Positions 9,164 through 19,102 of a stretch of 64,000 bases of DNA are shown one piece after another. The first letter of the stretch is position 1. Each line of letters opens with the position of its first letter. The stretch is taken from contig CALKCM010000003.1 in the NCBI GenBank assembly GCA_938086785.1, positions 9,930-73,929 on the forward strand, given 5' to 3'. A program made the position numbers and the translations under genes. Under the pieces are notes generated by a model that saw nothing but the letters and a program-made list of their open reading frames with translations, did not search any database and was not told where the DNA came from. Source of the DNA: an uncultured Bacteroidia bacterium (GTDB lineage Bacteria > Bacteroidota > Bacteroidia > NS11-12g > UBA955).

Positions 9164-10588
9164 TTATTTACCTCTTCCTTGAATCATAATGAGTGCGGTA
9201 TAGATGCAAATTTTAACATCTAAGCCCAAGCTCATGTTTTCAAGATAAAGGATATCGTATTTCATGCGTTCCACCATTTCATTTACATTGCTGGCATAGC
9301 CAAATTTTACCTGTCCCCAGCTGGTGATACCGGGTTTAATTCTATGCAAACGGGTATAAATAGGTGCTTTTTGTACAATTTGATCAATAAAGAACTGACG
9401 CTCCGGTCGCGGTCCAACAATGCTCATATCTCCTACAAGTACATTCCAAAATTGAGGCAACTCATCCAAGCGCGTTTTGCGCAGAAAAATTCCTGCCTTT
9501 GTGCGGCGGTCATCATGCTCATTGCTCAATTGGGGGCCTTTTGTTTCGGCATCCGAACGCATGCTTCGGAATTTGATGATTTGAAAAGGTTTTCCTTGAA
9601 ATCCAATGCGCTCTTGGGTAAAGAACACACGGCCTTTGGAATCCAGTTTAACCCAAATGGCTAGCAATAAGAAGAGGGGAGAAAGCAATAGTAAAGCCAC
9701 AGCAGAGGACAGCAGATCAAAGCTGCGTTTGATGGTTTTTTGCCACTGGGGCATGACTTCAAAATCCACTTCCACCAGCATGGCACCCAAAATATTATTC
9801 ATTTTCACCATGCCCATCACCATCCCATAGCTATCGGGCATAATTTTTAGCTTTACATTTTGGTTTTGAATGACATCTACCGTTTCCATTACCCGGGTAT
9901 GATACTCTTCATCCATGCAAAGAATGACATCTTTAATGTTTAAATCTTCAATAACAGCAGCTATGTTTTTCCAATGTCCTAAGTTTGGTAAGCCATTTAA
10001 AGTAGCGTCTGGATTTTCATCCTCTGTTAGAAAGCCTTTAAGGTCAAAGCCCTCTGATTTTTTAGCGTTTTGCAATTCATGATAGAGTTTATGCGCATTT
10101 TTGCCACTTCCTATCAACACACTCTCATAGCCCCATTCCTTTCGTTGTATTTTTCGAATGGTCCTTGTACTTAAAATTATTCTGAAGAATAAGGTTAAGA
10201 AAAAGTGCAAGAAGAAATATCCAAATAGAGAGTAGTAATAGTCTGAATAGTTCGAAACACTATCATCTAAGAAAATAGAGAAGAACAATACAAGAACCCC
10301 AAAAACTGATGTTAAAAAGGTATTTTGAGTATCTCGAAGTCTACTTCTTCTAAAAATATTTTGGTAAAAGCCGGATGCAGTATAAATAATGAGCCAAAAT
10401 GTGGGAATGAGGAGTAAGGTTAAGATGAGTTTAGCATCAAAAACGATGGGTATGTCATACCCATGTTTTGCGGCTTCAATAAAGGTTTTCCTGAACTGAT
10501 TAAACGCTAACCATGCCCCTGCAGAGGCAAAAAAGTCAAAACATATATACAGTCCAAACTGCTTTATTTTATTCATACTTCGAAGCAA
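9164..10588 (-). CDS. undecaprenyl-phosphate sugar phosphotransferase (bacterial sugar transferase, WcaJ/EpsB-like)
   Basis: 474 aa with N-terminal TM helices and the C-terminal PF02397 motif SAVALLLLSPLFLLLAIWVKLDSKGRVFFTQERIGFQGKPFQIIKFRSM...LDELPQFWNVLVGDMSIVGPRPE. Confidence 0.85.
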   Translation of the reverse strand: MLRSMNKIKQFGLYICFDFFASAGAWLAFNQFRKTFIEAAKHGYDIPIVFDAKLILTLLLIPTFWLIIYTASGFYQNIFRRSRLRDTQNTFLTSVFGVLVLFFSIFLDDSVSNYSDYYYSLFGYFFLHFFLTLFFRIILSTRTIRKIQRKEWGYESVLIGSGKNAHKLYHELQNAKKSEGFDLKGFLTEDENPDATLNGLPNLGHWKNIAAVIEDLNIKDVILCMDEEYHTRVMETVDVIQNQNVKLKIMPDSYGMVMGMVKMNNILGAMLVEVDFEVMPQWQKTIKRSFDLLSSAVALLLLSPLFLLLAIWVKLDSKGRVFFTQERIGFQGKPFQIIKFRSMRSDAETKGPQLSNEHDDRRTKAGIFLRKTRLDELPQFWNVLVGDMSIVGPRPERQFFIDQIVQKAPIYTRLHRIKPGITSWGQVKFGYASNVNEMVERMKYDILYLENMSLGLDVKICIYTALIMIQGRGK

Positions 10589-10590
10589 AT

Positions 10591-11484
10591 CTACTTCAAA
10601 TAGGTTAATCGGATATTATCTAAATAAATTTCTGCCACACGGGGATTGTCTTTTTGACGATAAACCGTGTATACAAAACGATATTCGTTACTTGCAGGCT
10701 GCCCCGCAATTTCGTAGGCAAGATTCACATAAAAGCGTTTCCATTTATCTGGAGAAGGGTAGACCTCTATGTATGGGACATACTCTTCACCACTGCTCGA
10801 CTTTCGTTGGAGCCCTACTTGCAATACATCTGTTCCTTTTACATCAAACTCCAACATTATAGCGGTTCCATTAATAGGAAAGCCACTGAAGTAAGAGAAA
10901 CTTCGCAAATCATAATATTTAAAAGAGTCGGTGGCTTGAATTCTGCTATATAGTGCATTGGTAGAATGGCTAAACTTTCCATCCAAAGAGAAATTTGTTT
11001 GGGTAATGTATTGCGTATCTAAGACATTATTATCTGTATTTGGAATAAGTGTGCTTCCTAAATCCTCAAAATCTTCCACCCAAACCACTTCGGCATTGGC
11101 CCGATATTTAATAGGAATAGCGCTTATTGATGTTGTTTTGAGGGGCGAAAAGTTTAAGATTGTATCAATAATGGTTGTATTTACAAAGGGTTTAAAAACC
11201 GATGCACTTCCATTTTCTAATACCATAGCTTGGATTTGAACTTTGGCATCGCCCTCCACAATTACAGGAATATCGCAAGGAAGAGGGAAAGAACCCATGA
11301 ATCTATTGTTTACTAAAACTTGAACTCCCTTTAAAAGGTGAATGTTATTTCCCTGAAAAGGTTCTGTTGTCAAGGCAAAAGAATCTAAATGAAGGTAGGC
11401 AGGAAGGGCCTCTTTTTCGCGATCACAACTGTTCAGCGAGAGGAGAACGAGGCTACAGATCAAGGCATAACGAAACATGAGCAC
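10591..11484 (-). CDS. hypothetical lipoprotein
   Basis: 297 aa with a signal peptide and lipobox (LLSLNSC). Probably co-transcribed upstream of the sugar transferase. No recognisable catalytic motif. Confidence 0.5.
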   Translation of the reverse strand: MLMFRYALICSLVLLSLNSCDREKEALPAYLHLDSFALTTEPFQGNNIHLLKGVQVLVNNRFMGSFPLPCDIPVIVEGDAKVQIQAMVLENGSASVFKPFVNTTIIDTILNFSPLKTTSISAIPIKYRANAEVVWVEDFEDLGSTLIPNTDNNVLDTQYITQTNFSLDGKFSHSTNALYSRIQATDSFKYYDLRSFSYFSGFPINGTAIMLEFDVKGTDVLQVGLQRKSSSGEEYVPYIEVYPSPDKWKRFYVNLAYEIAGQPASNEYRFVYTVYRQKDNPRVAEIYLDNIRLTYLK

Positions 11485-11595
11485 AAAGGTAATTAAGTAA
11501 TTTAGATTTGAGTATACTTAGCATAAATAAGGCCTTTGTTTAAAATAGTGCAGCCGATCAAGGGTGGTAGGTCATTTTTATTCTAACTTTGCTCC

Positions 11596-12426
11596 ATGGA
11601 ATGGCTTATTGATTGGCTAAGTAGTTTGCATCCAATTATGCAAGGAGGCGTTGCCGCCTTGTTTACTTGGTTTATTACTGCTTTGGGTGCTGCCGTTGTT
11701 TTTTTATTAAAGAACGACGTGCCCGATTCTGTCATGGATTCTCTCTTGGGATTTACGGGTGGGGTTATGCTTGCCGCAAGTTTTTGGAGTCTTCTCAATC
11801 CAGCACTTGAGATGTCTACAGAAAGTTGGACTCAAGCTTGGTCTTGGGTTCCAGTGGCTATTGGTTTTATTGGAGGGGCTCTTTTTCTTTTTGTCATCGA
11901 TCAATATTTACCCCATTTGCATTTAAATGCACCCATTTCTAGTGCGGAGGGTGTAAAAACAGATTGGAATAAAACGGTGCTCTTAGTTTTAGCAATTACG
12001 CTTCACAATATACCAGAGGGACTAGCCATAGGAGTTGCATTTGGTGCAGTGGCCGAAGGGATTCCTGGCGCCGATTTAGGAGGTGCTATAGCGCTTGCCA
12101 TAGGAATAGGAATTCAAGATTTACCAGAAGGGTTGGCTGTGGCTATTCCTTTAAGAAGGAGCGGTTTAAGCCGTTGGAAGTCCTTTACTTGGGGTCAATT
12201 AAGTGGAGCAGTAGAACCCATTGCTGCTGTTTTTGGTGTGGCTTTAGTAATGATTGCAAAACCTATTTTGCCCTATGCTTTGGCCTTTGCTGCAGGAGCA
12301 ATGATTTATGTGGTGGTTGAGGAAGTTATTCCAGAATCGCAAAGACGAGGCCATACCGATAAGGCTACTTTAGCTCTTATTATTGGTTTTGTGATTATGA
12401 TGGCTCTTGATGTGGGTTTAAGTTAA
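11596..12426 (+). CDS. ZIP family metal (zinc) transporter
   Basis: 276 aa. Polytopic, with the ZIP signature HNIPEGLAIGVAFGA and a second GIGIQDLPEGLAVAIPL. Confidence 0.85.
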   Translation: MEWLIDWLSSLHPIMQGGVAALFTWFITALGAAVVFLLKNDVPDSVMDSLLGFTGGVMLAASFWSLLNPALEMSTESWTQAWSWVPVAIGFIGGALFLFVIDQYLPHLHLNAPISSAEGVKTDWNKTVLLVLAITLHNIPEGLAIGVAFGAVAEGIPGADLGGAIALAIGIGIQDLPEGLAVAIPLRRSGLSRWKSFTWGQLSGAVEPIAAVFGVALVMIAKPILPYALAFAAGAMIYVVVEEVIPESQRRGHTDKATLALIIGFVIMMALDVGLS

Positions 12427-12510
12427 ACTTTTCCCTTTAAAAAATTAATCTTTTCAGCCCGTCTTTTAGCGTAAAATTGGCTACTTTTGCACTAAGTAAA
12501 TTACATTGAT

Positions 12511-13239
12511 ATGAAGATATTAGTTTGTATGAGTGTTGTGCCAGACACCACTACCAAAATTGCCTTTACGGATAATGATACTAAATTTAATACGGATGGA
12601 GTTACCTTTATTGTAAACCCTTACGACGAATTAGCCTTAACCAAAGGATTGGAAATAGCCGAAGCAAATGGCGGTACAGTAACCGTATGCCATGTAGGGA
12701 GTTCCTCCTCTGATGCGGCGATACGAAAAGCCTTAAGTATAGGAGCCAGCGAAGCCATACGAATAGATGCAGAGCCCTTAGACTCTCAGTTTGTGGCCTC
12801 GCAGATTGCACCCATAGCAAAAGAATACGACATGGTTATTACCGGTCGAGAAAGCATTGATTATAATGGAGGTGCGGTTTGCGGTCTTTTGGGAGCAGAA
12901 CTGAACTGGCCCAGCGTAAATGTGGTTACAGAAATTGCGGTAGCTGACAGAAAAGCAACCATAGAGCATGACATAGACGGTGGACGTGAAGAACTTGAAG
13001 TAAACTTACCTGTTGTAGTGAGTGCACAAAAAGATTTATGTGAACCTCGTATACCAAATATGAAAAGCATAATGCAGGCTAGAATGAAACCCTTAAACGT
13101 GGTTCCTGCAATTGAAGTGACGCAACAATCAGAGTATCATACCTACGATTTGCCTCCGGCAAAGCAGGGTGTTAAATTGGTAGATGCAAGTGATCCAGCT
13201 GCATTAGTTGAAATGTTGAAATTAGAAAAAATAATTTAA
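12511..13239 (+). CDS. etfB: electron transfer flavoprotein subunit beta
   Basis: 242 aa. MKILVCMSVVPDTTTKIAFTDN...VNPYDELALTKGLEIAE is a typical EtfB N-terminus. Confidence 0.9.
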   Translation: MKILVCMSVVPDTTTKIAFTDNDTKFNTDGVTFIVNPYDELALTKGLEIAEANGGTVTVCHVGSSSSDAAIRKALSIGASEAIRIDAEPLDSQFVASQIAPIAKEYDMVITGRESIDYNGGAVCGLLGAELNWPSVNVVTEIAVADRKATIEHDIDGGREELEVNLPVVVSAQKDLCEPRIPNMKSIMQARMKPLNVVPAIEVTQQSEYHTYDLPPAKQGVKLVDASDPAALVEMLKLEKII

Positions 13240-13243
13240 AGAA

Positions 13244-14173
13244 ATGGCGATATTAGTATTTGTAGAAACCCAAGATGGGAAATATAAAAAAGCAGGCTTA
13301 GAAGCGGTTTCTTATGCTGCTCAAATGAATGCCGGTGAAGTAACCGCGCTATGCATTGGGGAACATGAAGGCTTAGATGCTGTTGCTAAAATTGGAGCGT
13401 CCAGTTTAGTTGTTTTGCCAGATATGGGACATTTTGATGCGCAAAAAGTTTCTTCAGCGATAAGCCAAGTTGCATCCAACTTAAATGTCGATACCGTGGT
13501 TATATCGAATTCTTATGCGGGAAAAGACATAGCACCCCAGATTGCAGGTCAACTCAAGGCATCTTTAGCTACCAATGTTGTTTCATTGCCTAATGCACAA
13601 GGCGAGGTGACCAGAGGAGTATATTCAGGAAAGGCTTTTGCCCAAGTGAAATTAAATGGAGCCAAGAAAGTGTTGGCCATCACCCCCAATAGTTTTGATA
13701 TTCTTGACAATACTCAAACGGCGGCGATGAAGGAAGTGGATGTAACTATATCCGAAGGAGGGGTAGTCCTCAAAGAACTTAAAAAAGTAACGGGTAAGAT
13801 TCCCTTAACCGAGGCAGAAGTTGTTATCTCGGGTGGAAGAGGCTTGAAAGGTCCAGAAAATTGGAATTTAGTAGAAGACTTAGCGGATGAATTAAATGCA
13901 GCTACTGCATGTAGCAAGCCCGTGAGTGATATGGAATGGAGGCCGCATAGCGAACATGTAGGTCAGACGGGTATTACCATTAAGCCAAACTTATATATTG
14001 CCATTGGTATATCTGGAGCTATCCAACATTTAGCCGGTGTGAGCAGTAGTAAAACAATTGTAGTTATAAATAAGGATCCAGAGGCTCCTTTCTTTAAAGC
14101 TGCGGATTATGGAATTGTGGGAGATGCATTTGATGTAATTCCCAAGTTGACGGAAGCTTTAAGAAATAATTAG
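13244..14173 (+). CDS. etfA: electron transfer flavoprotein subunit alpha
   Basis: 309 aa. FAD-binding C-terminal motif AIGISGAIQHLAGVSSSKTIVVINKDPEAPFF. Adjacent to etfB. Confidence 0.9.
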   Translation: MAILVFVETQDGKYKKAGLEAVSYAAQMNAGEVTALCIGEHEGLDAVAKIGASSLVVLPDMGHFDAQKVSSAISQVASNLNVDTVVISNSYAGKDIAPQIAGQLKASLATNVVSLPNAQGEVTRGVYSGKAFAQVKLNGAKKVLAITPNSFDILDNTQTAAMKEVDVTISEGGVVLKELKKVTGKIPLTEAEVVISGGRGLKGPENWNLVEDLADELNAATACSKPVSDMEWRPHSEHVGQTGITIKPNLYIAIGISGAIQHLAGVSSSKTIVVINKDPEAPFFKAADYGIVGDAFDVIPKLTEALRNN

Positions 14174-14174
14174 T

Positions 14175-14765
14175 GTGTTAGTTAGGCTTGTTTTAGAATC
14201 GCTATTTCCTGCTCATTCCCATGGAGCATACACGCTTTCTCTATATGATGAGGAGAAGGGACGGATTTTGCCTATTCTGATTGGAACAAACGAAGCGCAA
14301 GCCATTAATTTGGAGTTAGAGGGCATTTCAACCCAAAGGCCACTAACCCATGACTTATTGTTGAATTTCCTGCTTGAACTTGATGCAAATATCGAGAAAG
14401 TTGTAATTAATGATTTTAATGAAGGGATTTTTCACTCTGAAATTCATTATGTAATTAATGGAGAAAACAGGGTAATGGATAGCCGGACCAGTGATGCCAT
14501 TTGTCTTGCAGTGAAGGCCCAAGTAGATATTTTTGCTTTGGATAAAATTATGGATGAAGTAGCCTACAACCAGCAAGGTAAAAAAGGCTCCGAGGACGAG
14601 CCTGGACGCTTGTCTATTGATGAACTTATTCCTGACGGAAAATCAAGTGATGATTTTAGCGAATACTCCGTAGCTCAATTAGATATCATGTTGCAGGAAT
14701 CCATTAATAAAGAAGATTATTCCAAAGCTGCTATGATTCGAGATGAAATAAGCAAACGCAAATAA
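14175..14765 (+). CDS. bifunctional nuclease family protein (DUF151/BFN domain) with C-terminal UVR motif
   Basis: 196 aa. BFN core (GAYTLSLYDEEKGRILPILIGTNEAQAINLELEGISTQRPLTHDLL) plus a C-terminal UvrB/C-like UVR helix (EDYSKAAMIRDEISKRK). GTG start immediately after the etfA stop. Confidence 0.7.
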   Translation: MLVRLVLESLFPAHSHGAYTLSLYDEEKGRILPILIGTNEAQAINLELEGISTQRPLTHDLLLNFLLELDANIEKVVINDFNEGIFHSEIHYVINGENRVMDSRTSDAICLAVKAQVDIFALDKIMDEVAYNQQGKKGSEDEPGRLSIDELIPDGKSSDDFSEYSVAQLDIMLQESINKEDYSKAAMIRDEISKRK

Positions 14766-15589
14766 TGGGTAGTTTCTACGCTGTTGAAAATCAATGGGTA
14801 GAACCCAATAAGCCTCAAATTAGTTTACATAACCGTTTATATAGGTATGGTGATGGTTTTTTTGAATCGATGCTTATTCATAAAGGTGCTATTCTGCATT
14901 TAGCTTCGCACTTTGAGCGTATAAATATTAGCAGTAAACTTCTAAAGATTAAATTACCCTTGTGGTTCACCGAAAGAAGTTTGCGTTTATTGTTGCTTCA
15001 AAAATGTGAAACAGAAGGTTTAAAGACGGCCCGTGTGCGGCTCTCTATATATAGAGAAAGCCCGGGGTATTATACGCCAACTAAAAATGATTCAATCGCT
15101 ATTTTAGAATTGAATGAGCATCCCATTTATACATGGTCCGAAAGAGGATTGAAATTATGTGCTTTTAAAGAGCTCGTCAAGGATAATAATTATACGAGCA
15201 TGTTAAAAACCTGCAATTCGCTCACCTATGTAATGGCAGGAATTCATGCTGCAGAGAACCATGCTGATGCAGCATTGATTTTTAACCAGGAACAGCGCAT
15301 CGCAGAAGCGCATCATAGCAATGTTTTTTTATACAATAAAAATTCTATTATTACTCCGCCCATTAGCGAGTATTGCGTGAATGGAGTCATGCGTAAAGTG
15401 GTCATGAATATTTCGAAAGAATACGGCTATGAGGTATATGAACAACCCATTACTGAATTGCATTTGACGACTTCTGATGAAGTCTTTTTAACCAATGCTA
15501 CCCAAGGAATACAATGGGTACGGGAATACAATGGCAAGCCATTTAAAAACAACGTCTCCAAGAACCTATTTGGGAAATTGTTGGGGTAG
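14765..15589 (+). CDS. aminotransferase class IV (PabC-like aminodeoxychorismate lyase / branched-chain aminotransferase fold)
   Basis: 274 aa. RYGDGFFESMLIH and a C-terminal TSDEVFLTNATQGIQWV are typical of the fold-type IV PLP family. Confidence 0.7.
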   Translation: MGSFYAVENQWVEPNKPQISLHNRLYRYGDGFFESMLIHKGAILHLASHFERINISSKLLKIKLPLWFTERSLRLLLLQKCETEGLKTARVRLSIYRESPGYYTPTKNDSIAILELNEHPIYTWSERGLKLCAFKELVKDNNYTSMLKTCNSLTYVMAGIHAAENHADAALIFNQEQRIAEAHHSNVFLYNKNSIITPPISEYCVNGVMRKVVMNISKEYGYEVYEQPITELHLTTSDEVFLTNATQGIQWVREYNGKPFKNNVSKNLFGKLLG

Positions 15590-15646
15590 TTTGCCTTAAG
15601 ACCTTATTTAGGTTCGCTTAAAGAACTCTTCAATATTAATTAGGGT

Positions 15647-15665
15647 CTAAAAAGTCACTTTTTAG
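15647..15665. terminator. short inverted repeat between convergent genes (possible bidirectional terminator)
   Basis: CTAAAAAGTCACTTTTTAG near-perfect palindrome between the aminotransferase gene (plus strand, ends 15589) and uvrC (minus strand, ends 15694). Confidence 0.35.
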
Positions 15666-15693
15666 GGGAGGAAATCCCTGAAATCAAAAGCGA

Positions 15694-17481
15694 CTAAGGA
15701 TTAAAATAATCGTAGACCAAAGTGGCTTTGGCTTGGCCAATTACTTTTGCCATTTCATCAATAGAGCTTTTCTTTATTTTACCCACGCCTTTAAACTCTC
15801 TCAAGAGCATCTCGCTGGTTTCTTTGCCAATGCCTAGTATTTGCGTAAGTTCCGTTTTTAGGGCTCCCTTAAGTCGCTTGTTTCTATGGTTGGTAATTCC
15901 GTATCGATGAGCTTCATCTCTCAATTGTTGGATAATCTTAAGGGTTTCTGATTTTTTGTCGATGTATAAAGGCAAAGGATCTCCTGGATAATAGATTTCT
16001 TCCAAGCGTTTAGCAATTCCTATGATGGCAATTTTTCCGTACAACTCCATTTCTCCAAGTGCTTCTACAGCTGAGGATAATTGCCCTTTTCCACCATCTA
16101 TAATGATGAGTTGAGGCAAGGGGGTATTTTCTTTGAGTAAGCGACTGTATCTTCTGGTGAGCGCCTCTTTCATGGTAGCAAAATCATCGGGTCCCACTAC
16201 AGTTTTTACATTAAATATTCGATAGTCGGATTTGAAAGGTTTGCCATTTCTAAAAACCACGCATGCGCTAACCGGATGGGTTCCTTGCAGGTTTGAATTA
16301 TCAAAACACTCAATATGAACAGGCAGCTCTTTTAATTTGAGATCCTCTTTCATTTGGGTCATTAACCGGTCGGTTTTATGCTGTGGATTTAATTTATCAT
16401 AATGTCCTAGTTTTTCTCGTTTAAAAAACAAGGCATTCTTTATACTTAAATCCAATACTTTTCTTTTGTCGCCGGCTTTTGGGGTGGTGAATTCCACCTC
16501 TTTAAGTTTTAAATTAATATCGAAAGGAATTACAATTTCTTTGTACTCCGCCTCATGAAGTTCGCCTATGGCGTATTCAAGTATTTCAGCATCCGACTCC
16601 TCCAAACGCTTGCGCACTTCCAGGTTTTTGGTGGAAACAATAATCCCATTACTCAAGCGCATGTAATTTACAAAGGCAATCTTATCGGTGCTACTGATTC
16701 CAAAGACTTCAATATTACCAATGGTGTGGCTTACAATGGTGCTTTTGTGTTTATAATTCTCCAAAAGGCCTAAACGGTTCTTATAGCGCTCCGCATCCTC
16801 GTATCTAAACTCCGCGGCAGATTGGTTCATTTTATCTCTTAAATGCCTTTTAACCTCTCCTAAGTGTCCGGTTAGTAAATGTTTTATTTGCTGGATACTT
16901 TCATTGTATTCTTCTTCTGATTGCAAGTCTTCGCATGGTCCTTTGCAATTTCCGATTTGATATTCTAAACAGATTTTAAATTTTTTGGCATCAATGTTTT
17001 TCTGACTGAGGTTAAGAGAGCAATTTCGGATGGGGTAGAGCTGTTTAATTAAATCTAAAATGACACGTAATATTCCCGACGAAACATAAGGACCAAAATA
17101 GAGACTGCCATCTTTTATTCGTCTGCGCACAGAGTATACTTTAGGAAAACGTTCTTTTGATATTCGAATGTATGGGTAGGTCTTATCGTCTTTGAGGTTA
17201 ATGTTGTATTTAGGTTGAAACTCCTTGATTAGACTGTTTTCTAATAGTAAGGCATCCATTTCAGTATCTACTACCGTAAAGTCAATTAGCGCAATTTTTT
17301 TTACTAAAACCGACGTTTTTCTATTCTCGTGCTTTTGTTTGTTAAAGTAAGAAGCCACTCTTTTCTTGAGGCTTTTGGCCTTGCCAACATATATAATGGT
17401 GTTTTGCTTGTCAAAGTATTTATATACCCCAGGCAGATCAGGAATTTTACGATAGTATTCTTTTAAGGAATCAGGTATCAT
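15694..17481 (-). CDS. uvrC: excinuclease ABC subunit C UvrC
   Basis: 595 aa. N-terminal GIY-YIG (PGVYKYFDKQNTIIYVGKAKSLKKRVASYF), a UVR domain, and a C-terminal RNase H-like and HhH region (ILGIGKETSEMLLREFKGVGKIKKSS). Confidence 0.95.
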   Translation of the reverse strand: MIPDSLKEYYRKIPDLPGVYKYFDKQNTIIYVGKAKSLKKRVASYFNKQKHENRKTSVLVKKIALIDFTVVDTEMDALLLENSLIKEFQPKYNINLKDDKTYPYIRISKERFPKVYSVRRRIKDGSLYFGPYVSSGILRVILDLIKQLYPIRNCSLNLSQKNIDAKKFKICLEYQIGNCKGPCEDLQSEEEYNESIQQIKHLLTGHLGEVKRHLRDKMNQSAAEFRYEDAERYKNRLGLLENYKHKSTIVSHTIGNIEVFGISSTDKIAFVNYMRLSNGIIVSTKNLEVRKRLEESDAEILEYAIGELHEAEYKEIVIPFDINLKLKEVEFTTPKAGDKRKVLDLSIKNALFFKREKLGHYDKLNPQHKTDRLMTQMKEDLKLKELPVHIECFDNSNLQGTHPVSACVVFRNGKPFKSDYRIFNVKTVVGPDDFATMKEALTRRYSRLLKENTPLPQLIIIDGGKGQLSSAVEALGEMELYGKIAIIGIAKRLEEIYYPGDPLPLYIDKKSETLKIIQQLRDEAHRYGITNHRNKRLKGALKTELTQILGIGKETSEMLLREFKGVGKIKKSSIDEMAKVIGQAKATLVYDYFNP

Positions 17482-18307
17482 TCAAATCTAAATTGGTATG
17501 CCTAACAGTAGATATCGCTTTATAGAAATGGGTTGACTTTTCTTTAAATTTTTCAATATCCGTTTCGGTCGTATAAAACACGGTATTTTTATTCTTGCTT
17601 ATCAAGTTTTCCATCTCAGGATGTCGGTGAAGGTATTCTAGAAGACTTTTTGCTACAATATCACCTTGAGTCACAATTCGAATCTCTTTTGGAACAATCT
17701 TTTCAATAATGGGCAAAAGAATGGGGTAGTGAGTGCAAGCCAATAGGATGGTATCTATATCCTTGTTTTTTTTGAGTAAGGCCTCGCAATTCTTTTGAAT
17801 TTGTATTTTTGAAGACGCGTCTTCGTAGGTATGCTCCTCTATCATGGGAACCCAAAAAGGGCAAGCCTCTTGGTATAAACTTACCTGCGGAAAAAACTTT
17901 TTGACTTCAATTCCGTATGAATTTGATTCGACGGTTGCTGGAGTTCCCAATAAACCAATCTTATTGGTTTTGGAATAGTTTCCAATAATTTCTGTAGTGG
18001 GTCTTACTACTCCTAACACGCGTTTTTTAGCTCCATGATTTAGCTTTAAATGAATCTGCTGAATGTTTCGAAGAGCCAGTGCGCTTGCTGTATTGCAGGC
18101 CAGAATAACCAGTGGGCATCCTTGTTCAAACAACCAGTCAATAGCCTCTTTGGTATATTGGTTTACTTGTTCAAAGGACTTATCACCATAAGGAGTTCGT
18201 GCATTGTCACCCAAATACATGAAATCATGCTCGGGCATCGATTCTTGAAGACTCTCTAATATGGTGAGTCCTCCAAATCCCGAATCAAATACACCAATAC
18301 CTTGCAT
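17471..18307 (-). CDS. murI: glutamate racemase
   Basis: 278 aa. GVFDSGFGGLTIL and ACNTAS / ACTHYP catalytic-cysteine motifs. Confidence 0.9.
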   Translation of the reverse strand: MQGIGVFDSGFGGLTILESLQESMPEHDFMYLGDNARTPYGDKSFEQVNQYTKEAIDWLFEQGCPLVILACNTASALALRNIQQIHLKLNHGAKKRVLGVVRPTTEIIGNYSKTNKIGLLGTPATVESNSYGIEVKKFFPQVSLYQEACPFWVPMIEEHTYEDASSKIQIQKNCEALLKKNKDIDTILLACTHYPILLPIIEKIVPKEIRIVTQGDIVAKSLLEYLHRHPEMENLISKNKNTVFYTTETDIEKFKEKSTHFYKAISTVRHTNLDLNDT

Positions 18308-18406
18308 CCTACAAAACTAAGTCGGGGCTGTTAAAAATGAATATCAAAATGAGACCTATAAAGTATATTTTGGGTAAATATACTCTTTTTGATGCGTTTT
18401 GTGCTG

Positions 18407-19102
18407 CTAAAATACGAATGCAGTTTCAAGATTAAGTAAGCGAATAGGCTTTCCCGTTCCAGTTTCTGGAAGGGTCCCTTCAATAGCAAAGTTTCGGTTC
18501 AAATCATTCAAGGTCCATTTGAGCATGACTTGAAAACCTGCTACATCAGATCGACTTTGATAACCAATAGCGAGTGAAATAGCCATGGGCTCTAGCGGAA
18601 GAGACTTCCAACTTTCGAGATAATTGTCTTTTTCTAAAGGCAATTTATCTGCACCTACATAGGCTCTCGATGAGAACGTAAATGCGGGAGCTAATCCAAA
18701 AAGGATGTTCTTGTACCTGTCGCTATTTGGAGAACTTAAGGCATATGCTCCTAAAATAGGAATCTCAGCTTGAATAAGTGAAATTCGTGTTAAGGCAGAT
18801 TTTCCTTGATCTTCATTGGCAAAAGGATATTTATTCAATCGAATATTTAGTTCAGTCTGAAATCCTACATTTCCTTTATCTGCCTCTTTAGCAGCGTATA
18901 CAAAGCCCGCCATAAATCCTGTTCCTGGTCTTGGATTACTAACCTCAGTTCCAAGCCATTGATTTATAGAAATACCTAGTTTTAAGGCTAAGGGAGAGCG
19001 CTCAAAGGCTTCATTCATCTCCTCGGGTGTATTGCTCATGGTTTGAGAGAACAATCCCTGAGAAATAAATGTGAATATTAAGAGGTATATAAATCGAGTC
19101 AT
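18407..19102 (-). CDS. outer membrane beta-barrel protein (PorT/OmpA-like small barrel), hypothetical
   Basis: 231 aa. Signal peptide, alternating amphipathic strands and a C-terminal aromatic residue (…ETAFVF). Its ATG overlaps the stop codon of the upstream Hsp70-like gene (TAATG). Confidence 0.45.
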   Translation of the reverse strand: MTRFIYLLIFTFISQGLFSQTMSNTPEEMNEAFERSPLALKLGISINQWLGTEVSNPRPGTGFMAGFVYAAKEADKGNVGFQTELNIRLNKYPFANEDQGKSALTRISLIQAEIPILGAYALSSPNSDRYKNILFGLAPAFTFSSRAYVGADKLPLEKDNYLESWKSLPLEPMAISLAIGYQSRSDVAGFQVMLKWTLNDLNRNFAIEGTLPETGTGKPIRLLNLETAFVF